DNA of 64,000 nucleotides. It comes from a virus. The DNA lies in the IMG/VR virus record IMGVR_UViG_3300005573_000001, one strand, 5' to 3'. A program made the position numbers and the translations under genes. Positions 58,019 through 64,000 of this stretch are shown piece by piece. The notes under the pieces are model-generated. The model had not been told where the DNA came from and did not search any database. It was given only the letters and a program-made list of their open reading frames with translations. The first letter of the stretch is position 1, and the number at the start of each line of letters is the position of its first letter.

Positions 58019-58294
58019 GGGCTAAGACGAAGGCGCGGCACTCAGAGTAACTATCAAGATCAGGCAAGGGAAGACAGAGAACAGCAGCTATACGACAGAT
58101 ATACTGTCGAAGTTGGTCAGAAACATCATAAGTCATCACTGATCAAAGCCGCCTATAGAGAAATACGGCCAGGACAAGGCAAAGGAGAACAATAGCAAGC
58201 ATAAGACCTCCTAGAGACGAACAGCAGATATAAGTACTAACAACACAAGCAAGAAAACAACGATAAGACAGAATGCCATAATACACCCCACATA

Positions 58295-58370
58295 TGGTCT
58301 AGGTGGAGAGACTTGAACTCTCGACTCCAAGATCCCAAATCTTGTACCCTACCAACTGGGCCACACCTAG
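58295..58370 (-). tRNA. tRNA-Pro(UGG)
   Basis: 76-nt cloverleaf: CTAGGTG/CACCTAG acceptor, CAAGA-TTTGGGA-TCTTG anticodon arm, GTTCAAGT T loop, encoded CCA. Confidence 0.92.
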
Positions 58371-58396
58371 AAAATAACCGGCATGCGCCGGCAACG

Positions 58397-58888
58397 TCAA
58401 GAAATGGTCTCATCCAAATCAAAGAAAGAGGAAAACCTCGCTGAAGACCAAGAAGTATAAATTACAGTAGTGAGCAGCAAGGCAGACATAATAGACAGAA
58501 CAGCGGTATAAAAGACTGTCCACGCTACAGCTCCATAAGCATATAAGGCCGTAAGGACAGTCAGCAATAGAGTAAAGACAGTAGAAAATGCAGTAAAGGC
58601 AAGCAGGTTAGACAGCCGCCTAGATAGAACAGAGGACAGAGCCCGAGCACGAAGCTCCACAGAAGAGTGGAGGAGAGAGAGAATACCATTCCAGAAGGGG
58701 CGTACGGTAAAGTACACCATCAAAGCCGGAACAATCTCGAGCATAGCAAGAAAGACGGCAGTCCACGGAGCCCAAGCAATAACGGGGCCAACAAAGATAG
58801 TCAACAGTATACCGCCTACAAGGAAGCAAAGGAATAAGCGGTAATTACTAGAGTTCAACATACACTCACCTTCAATAACCTTACACAA
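58397..58888 (-). CDS. Membrane protein (about 4 TM segments)
   Basis: Hydrophobic stretches. Confidence 0.55.
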   Translation of the reverse strand: MCKVIEGECMLNSSNYRLFLCFLVGGILLTIFVGPVIAWAPWTAVFLAMLEIVPALMVYFTVRPFWNGILSLLHSSVELRARALSSVLSRRLSNLLAFTAFSTVFTLLLTVLTALYAYGAVAWTVFYTAVLSIMSALLLTTVIYTSWSSARFSSFFDLDETIS

Positions 58889-58891
58889 ACC

Positions 58892-59704
58892 CTAAGATAC
58901 AAGGAAATCACGCACACTCGATAAGAGAAAGTGTAGAGACGCTATAGTATCCAAGGCAGTGCATTCCTTCTTGGAAAACGTGTGGTCATAGTGCTTAGCA
59001 TGATCACTGTCATAGAACCGTATAGTAGGAGAATCCGCAGATATAATATAGAACAAACCATCGAGATCAACCTCGGCATACTCACACACGCGGCCACGGA
59101 GAACATCGCGTGTAACATCAAAATAATCAACTTCGCCCGTAGTAAGAAGGTTAGCCTTAGAGTCACGCACCTCGTAATTCGTAAAGAATACCCAGTCGGA
59201 ACTTACAAAGCCCACAATTATAGAGAGACGGTCATTTAAAAGCTTGGCTACAACACTAACATCCTTGGTTATCTTATCATAGTGGGGATAATAGACTTCA
59301 TACGTATTATCAAAGGAGTCATGCCTAACCCTGCAACTACGCATGAGGGGAATAGCGGTATCCAAGGAAGCTTGCAGATGGTAAGCGGAGTCAGACGAAG
59401 GAGGGCTATTAGTCTCTATGTAATCATTAACATAAGCCAGGGCCTGCGCAAGATTATAACTCTCAATAAGAGAAAGAAGAGTCTCTCTATTACCGGCAAT
59501 CGTAAGAAAATCCGAGGGTACCGGTGTAGGAGTCGGAGTAACTTCAGGTAGAGAGACAGGAGATGGAGAAGCAGATACCTTTGCCTGCACAGTCCGTAAA
59601 GACTGGACAGACGGATCCTGCAGCTGATTAGTATCCTGCGGAACAGAACAGCCAGCAAGCAGGATAACAACCAGAAAAATACAGATAAGCTTGGAATTTA
59701 ACAT
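58892..59704 (-). CDS. Lipoprotein
   Basis: Signal peptide with LAGC lipobox, PT-rich linker; AGGAGG RBS. Confidence 0.75.
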   Translation of the reverse strand: MLNSKLICIFLVVILLAGCSVPQDTNQLQDPSVQSLRTVQAKVSASPSPVSLPEVTPTPTPVPSDFLTIAGNRETLLSLIESYNLAQALAYVNDYIETNSPPSSDSAYHLQASLDTAIPLMRSCRVRHDSFDNTYEVYYPHYDKITKDVSVVAKLLNDRLSIIVGFVSSDWVFFTNYEVRDSKANLLTTGEVDYFDVTRDVLRGRVCEYAEVDLDGLFYIISADSPTIRFYDSDHAKHYDHTFSKKECTALDTIASLHFLLSSVRDFLVS

Positions 59705-59716
59705 AAAACCTCCTAA

Positions 59717-59935
59717 CTAAAGTTTATTATAGGCTTCCTTAAGGTGAATCTCCCTACACTCAGTATGTGCCGTAACGCACTTGCACCGAGGACAATACAT
59801 ATGCTTGATATGTCCAGGCAGTTTCTGCCTGCTGCAACGTCGATGTATAGTCATCACAAAGTGACACTCATTACACTCTAGATAAGCAGGAACAGTCTTA
59901 TACATTGTCATGAACATCACCATCTTCAGCATCAC
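59717..59935 (-). CDS. L33-like zinc-ribbon phage protein
   Basis: CNEC...I.R...RQK..GHIKHMYCPRCK. Confidence 0.6.
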   Translation of the reverse strand: MMLKMVMFMTMYKTVPAYLECNECHFVMTIHRRCSRQKLPGHIKHMYCPRCKCVTAHTECREIHLKEAYNKL

Positions 59936-60326
59936 GCAAGCGTAACATAAAGGCAGATAGCTGCGAAGAAAGGTCAGAGAGACAAGCAGTCGCTACCGGA
60001 CGTAACATAGGAGTAGCAAGCAGTATAGAGATAAGAGAAAGGATAGTGCGAAAGGAGGCCAGAGCCAGCTCCCTAACACAAGTATAGTCAATAGTACCAG
60101 TCGCATAAGGAACACAAACACCATTATGTAGAGCAGCACCAAGAAGAAAATCGGCGTCAGCAATGATGGTACCAGCAGAATAAAACTTATGGATCTGCAA
60201 GTGGGTAACAGTAAGTGGCTGAGGCGTGACAGGCTGTGGTTCGTGCGGCTCAGAGGAGTCGAAGAACCTATCTAGATCGTTCATAGAAAGCCCCCTAAAC
60301 AATAGGCTGAACATCAGCAGACTCAT
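59898..60326 (-). CDS. Hypothetical protein
   Basis: ORF. Confidence 0.45.
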   Translation of the reverse strand: MSLLMFSLLFRGLSMNDLDRFFDSSEPHEPQPVTPQPLTVTHLQIHKFYSAGTIIADADFLLGAALHNGVCVPYATGTIDYTCVRELALASFRTILSLISILLATPMLRPVATACLSDLSSQLSAFMLRLRDAEDGDVHDNV

Positions 60327-60654
60327 CCATTGTAGGAGTGTCAGCCGAGAAGCCTAGGACAGTCAACTCACTCGGCTTATAGAAAGGCGTGAGGGTCTTC
60401 ACAAGCTGCATAAGGTGATCCTTGGCAAGCCGAGTAGCTTCCAACTCCTTAATAGCCTGAGTCTGAGCAGGTTTATCAGGAGTAATAGCCTTAAGCTCTA
60501 AGACATTAAGACGATTGTTGATAAGCATCAACAGAACGACAGCCATCTCCATAGGATCAAAGTATTTAATCCCAGTACGGATAGCATCGGACTTAGTGTC
60601 CTTAATATCCTGGATCATGGCTTGTCGTCTCCGATCATCTCGTAACATAATCAT
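60295..60654 (-). CDS. Hypothetical protein
   Basis: GGAGG RBS. Confidence 0.55.
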   Translation of the reverse strand: MIMLRDDRRRQAMIQDIKDTKSDAIRTGIKYFDPMEMAVVLLMLINNRLNVLELKAITPDKPAQTQAIKELEATRLAKDHLMQLVKTLTPFYKPSELTVLGFSADTPTMDESADVQPIV

Positions 60655-60667
60655 ACCTCCTTTATAA

Positions 60668-61066
60668 TTAACTCGCTAACTCACGGCAACAGCGTATAAA
60701 GCTGTCCCAGTAGAGATCAGGAGTCATGTGATACGGAGCAGAGAAAGAAACCCGCTGGAGGGCCTTAGGACGCCTAGACGGCCGCAACATAGGAACGGCA
60801 ATATCCATGACGTCGCAAACCAAAGAGCTGTACATATCATCCAAGTTTATCTGAGGGGCAGGACGGGAGCGTGGACGACGAACAGGCGGGGAAATCACTG
60901 GTTTCAGCTCAGGGACTAGAGCAACAGGACGTAACCCAGCCTCAGGGGGCGGATCAGGGTGTTTAGCTGCAATGTAGTCATAGACATTGTCTACGACAAA
61001 AGTATCGTCCCAGAAGAACTGGCTGATACGATCTAATAAACCACGCACAAGGCTTAATAAAGACAT
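60668..61066 (-). CDS. Hypothetical protein
   Basis: GGAGG RBS. Confidence 0.5.
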   Translation of the reverse strand: MSLLSLVRGLLDRISQFFWDDTFVVDNVYDYIAAKHPDPPPEAGLRPVALVPELKPVISPPVRRPRSRPAPQINLDDMYSSLVCDVMDIAVPMLRPSRRPKALQRVSFSAPYHMTPDLYWDSFIRCCRELAS

Positions 61067-61074
61067 AATACCTC

Positions 61075-61287
61075 CTATTTATACCGACGTCTCACAGCTG
61101 CTTGACGGAGCAAGGCAGTACTGCGATCGTAGCGGTAATCTCGCACAGCACAATACTGCATACGAAGACTCTCAATAACACTACGACGCTGCACGGTCCA
61201 CTCAATATAAGTAGAGCAGGTAGCGTGGCAGTTCTCAGTACGGGAACAGCAAGAGAAACAAGGCGATCTTCGCATGGCAACCTCCAA
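61075..61287 (-). CDS. Small Cys-rich phage protein
   Basis: CxxC..R...CH..C..Y..W. Confidence 0.55.
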   Translation of the reverse strand: MEVAMRRSPCFSCCSRTENCHATCSTYIEWTVQRRSVIESLRMQYCAVRDYRYDRSTALLRQAAVRRRYK

Positions 61288-61323
61288 AGTCCATCATACA
61301 ACAGTACACAAAAAAAGGCAAGG

Positions 61324-61366
61324 AAAAAAGGGGGGCTCCGCCGAGAATATAGATCCCCGGCGGAGC
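61324..61366 (-). terminator. Rho-independent terminator
   Basis: GCTCCGCCG/CGGCGGAGC stem followed by a T-run on the minus strand. Confidence 0.7.
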
Positions 61367-61373
61367 TAGGGGG

Positions 61374-61913
61374 TCAAGGAAGCAGCCTTTCAAGTACAGT
61401 CAAGTAATCAATAGCCTGCTTGGGGGTAGCAAACTTAACCTCACCCAACGGGGTCGTAATAACGACCGAGACAGCAGGACGCGTTGCCCGATGCACAGTA
61501 TCCTGCGATACCTTGATAGGCTGCTGCTTAGCAGACTTACGGGGTGTGTAGGAATGCTTAGGCATAGATACCTTCTTAGTCAAGTCTACCCACAACTCAC
61601 CCGGATTCAGACTATACGCTTGGAAGCGTACGCGATTGTTCTCTTCCGCAAGCTGTAGCAGCTTGGCAACTAACCTAGCCCTGTAAAGGTGCGGAGTCTT
61701 ACCAGTCATCGACAGCCTCATAGAATCTGATGTAGTGGGCTGAGAATGAGCCTTTACAAGCAGGTGTGGCTTACCACGGTAAGAAACGACCGCAGCCGTC
61801 ACATAGAGCGGCTTGCCAAGCACCTCAAAGGCCGAGGCACTAAAAGAAATGTAGCTCCTAAGGGGCTCACGCACTACAGAAACCATGCATTCCTTTTCCG
61901 TCTCTACAATCAT
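61374..61913 (-). CDS. Basic hypothetical protein
   Basis: GGAGG RBS. Confidence 0.5.
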   Translation of the reverse strand: MIVETEKECMVSVVREPLRSYISFSASAFEVLGKPLYVTAAVVSYRGKPHLLVKAHSQPTTSDSMRLSMTGKTPHLYRARLVAKLLQLAEENNRVRFQAYSLNPGELWVDLTKKVSMPKHSYTPRKSAKQQPIKVSQDTVHRATRPAVSVVITTPLGEVKFATPKQAIDYLTVLERLLP

Positions 61914-61950
61914 AAAAACCTCCCTTCCATTATTTTTTAAGGTAGTCTCG

Positions 61951-62283
61951 TTACCAGACATACAGAGTAACCTTTACTGTGGAGTGCTTACTGGTAATGA
62001 TGTCCAAATAAACATCCTGATCGTCAGCATAGAAGGTTACCTCAGGCCCATAGTCACCAATAACACTATACTCTAAGTTAAGAGCATGAGCGGCGGCAAC
62101 AGGCCGGAGGGAAGCAACAACATCAGCAAAGGCCCGTGCCTGACCAAGAAAAGCCACCAGCATACGCTGCGGGTGGCGGCGGCGCAAGGGAGCAACCCGA
62201 AGAGGAACCCCCAAGGCAGCCTGCACAGCCACAGTAAGTGGTAGAAAGGTCGCGGCACAAACAGGCGCAGCACCGACGGACAT
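61951..62283 (-). CDS. Hypothetical protein
   Basis: ORF. Confidence 0.4.
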   Translation of the reverse strand: MSVGAAPVCAATFLPLTVAVQAALGVPLRVAPLRRRHPQRMLVAFLGQARAFADVVASLRPVAAAHALNLEYSVIGDYGPEVTFYADDQDVYLDIITSKHSTVKVTLYVW

Positions 62284-62292
62284 AGAACACCA

Positions 62293-62736
62293 TTATGAAG
62301 CAAGCTCGGGGTCGTCATAGACGATCCTACCGTCAGTATACACCACAAAACCCGGGAATGCAACCGCGTCAATGTAAGAGTGAACAGCATCATTAAGCTG
62401 ATCGACTGTATAAATAACAGGGGGACGTTTCCAGGTCCAACGAAAGTCCGGAGGCAACTCAGGCGAGGAAATTAGCATGGTAACAATCGCAGCAGGATCA
62501 ACCATACTGGCGTAAGCTATAATATCTAGAGAGTGGTCAGCAGGACAAAGCAGGGCGTCGTCATACTGCTCCACAGGGGCCTGGACCTGGATCATAGGTC
62601 CGTCGTCAAAGACGACCGAGCAGAGAGCACGGCCGACAACAGACTTCGTAGATAGCGCCACAAAGGCACGGGCACCATTACGGAGTAGATAAAGGCAAGA
62701 CGCACCAACGGTGGTCTGTAAATCATTCTTCGTCAT
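62293..62736 (-). CDS. Hypothetical protein
   Basis: GGAGG RBS. Confidence 0.5.
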   Translation of the reverse strand: MTKNDLQTTVGASCLYLLRNGARAFVALSTKSVVGRALCSVVFDDGPMIQVQAPVEQYDDALLCPADHSLDIIAYASMVDPAAIVTMLISSPELPPDFRWTWKRPPVIYTVDQLNDAVHSYIDAVAFPGFVVYTDGRIVYDDPELAS

Positions 62737-62755
62737 TAAAACCTCCAAAATTGTG

Positions 62756-62784
62756 TAGACAAATAAAGCACAGCGGCGTAGAAT
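62756..62784 (+). promoter_or_regulatory. Possible sigmaA promoter on plus strand
   Basis: TAGACA-17 nt-TAGAAT. Confidence 0.4.
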
Positions 62785-62813
62785 ATAGGAAACCCCAAGG
62801 GGGGGCCTAGAGG

Positions 62814-63008
62814 ATAATAGCAGGAGAAATGGGGAAAATTAAGCAATCAGGGACAACTAAAGAAAGTTTAGTCCCGAAAACACGCAAAAGCACCCACAGG
62901 CATGCCAAGACTATAGGGGCTGCACAAGGTACATAATATCCCTATAGCCTTGGTAATAGCCATGCAGGTTATCGCATCAATCCCTAGCCTAGGCAGCTCC
63001 TGCATTAT
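62814..63008 (-). ncRNA. Candidate structured ncRNA (~195 nt)
   Basis: Nested inverted repeats; G-U pairs favour the minus strand. Confidence 0.45.
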
Positions 63009-63059
63009 TGCATCGAATACCACGGGATAGTAACAGAAGGTACTATAGTCACGTCATTA

Positions 63060-63296
63060 TTAGACGGTCTCGTACAGTACACGAGAATCAACCCAACGAG
63101 GAGCGCCGCCACCGTCGACGTAACATAATTGCCGCCCTCTGTGGCGCTTCCTGGCGCGAACGGAAAGGGGCCGGTTAAGCAAGGAAGCCACGTCATCGTT
63201 AGTCAGACGTAACTTAACTGAGTAGTCCTTTCCGTAGTGCCGCTTCAACACAACAGGACGTATGAGCTTTACCATAGAAACTCCCTCCTTATACAA
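63060..63296 (-). CDS. Small basic hypothetical protein
   Basis: AGGAGG RBS before internal ATG. Confidence 0.45.
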   Translation of the reverse strand: MYKEGVSMVKLIRPVVLKRHYGKDYSVKLRLTNDDVASLLNRPLSVRARKRHRGRQLCYVDGGGAPRWVDSRVLYETV

Positions 63297-63849
63297 TGTG
63301 ATATTGAGCTTGGTAGCTAACGACGGCCGCCAGAAGCTCGCGTAAAGCAGTGGTAACCGTCAACCAAGAATGTACTAGATGATCAGGAACAACAACCGGC
63401 TGCCTATGGTGATAGGGCTGCATCTGTGCATCTGCAGCCTTAGTCAGGACAGTGAAGTAGTCCTGCGCACCAAAGCGCCGATAAAGGCCGGCAATTAGGA
63501 ATATCCTCTGATTAGGTAAGGAGAAACGAAACTTAGTCTTAGTCCCCGAGGGATCCTTACGCCACTCAAAGAAAGCCTCAACAGGCATAAGGATGCGCTG
63601 CGCAGCCATAGCGGGCGCAAATGTGGGCTTATCCAAGACAGTCTCACTCCTAGCATTAAAGAGAGGTCTGTCGTCAGTAGGAAAACCCCACACCATATTA
63701 GCCCAAAAGGGCTGCCGCGCGCCTTGGGTTAGTACCGTAACAATACTCCCAGGGCCCATCTCTCCCCCTCTCGGCACAGCAACAGTACTTATATAATCTC
63801 GATACAAGGGCTGCCGGTCTAAGTCTCTAATTACAGTCCGACCACACAT
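63289..63849 (-). CDS. SRAP/YedK-family abasic-site-protecting protein
   Basis: MCGR N-terminus, NARSET, FFEW, H.RQP. Confidence 0.88.
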   Translation of the reverse strand: MCGRTVIRDLDRQPLYRDYISTVAVPRGGEMGPGSIVTVLTQGARQPFWANMVWGFPTDDRPLFNARSETVLDKPTFAPAMAAQRILMPVEAFFEWRKDPSGTKTKFRFSLPNQRIFLIAGLYRRFGAQDYFTVLTKAADAQMQPYHHRQPVVVPDHLVHSWLTVTTALRELLAAVVSYQAQYHIV

Positions 63850-63879
63850 AGGCACCTCCCAATACTTAGATATAGCTTA

Positions 63880-64000
63880 AGACCCATCCATCTTAGGACT
63901 AGACCCATCCATCTTAGGACTAGACCCATCCATCTTAGGACTAGACCCATCCATCTTAGGACTAGACCCATCCATCTTAGGACTAGACCCATCCATCTTA
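63880..64000. repeat. Perfect 21-bp tandem repeat (AGACCCATCCATCTTAGGACT) x5 plus partial, truncated by window end
   Basis: Direct reading. Confidence 0.95.

Noticed and set aside
62829-62936. 35-aa plus-strand ORF after the plus-strand promoter
   Set aside because: RBS spacing is very short and the region is better explained by RNA structure; cannot be supported.
2029-63796. Many plus-strand ORFs antisense to the annotated genes (e.g. 14236-14901, 50367-51104, 55452-56105)
   Set aside because: Shadow ORFs caused by T-depletion and repeats on the plus strand; no RBS or motifs.
63880-64000. CRISPR array
   Set aside because: The repeats are contiguous with no spacers.

Overview
This window is a 64-kb segment of a large dsDNA phage, probably infecting a Firmicutes/Clostridia host (sigmaA-type promoters, strong GGAGG RBSs, ClpC, sortase-like and PcrA-like genes). 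Almost all genes lie on the minus strand. Positions ~1-34 kb hold a replication, recombination and nucleotide-metabolism module: SNF2 helicase with an intein, DnaG, family-4 UDG, PcrA/UvrD, RecA with an intein, SSB, dUTPase, NrdDG with two inteins, DnaE and ThyX. The same stretch carries ClpP, ClpC and a PRTRC-type ubiquitin-like cassette (Ubl, JAB, ThiF/E1, E2-like). Positions ~34-64 kb are an accessory region of small genes, paralog families, apparent pseudo-enzymes, one tRNA-Pro, a tRNA-like RNA and a terminal 21-bp tandem repeat. The standout is a phage-encoded retron-type reverse transcriptase (6327-7181). It is preceded by a tandem array of three inverted-repeat-closed RNA modules (7208-7673) rather than a single msr-msd. 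Two of the modules share the same priming and termination signatures but carry unrelated msd hairpins, which suggests a natural multiplex retron making several msDNAs. All calls come from reading motifs by eye; no searches or folding programs were run.
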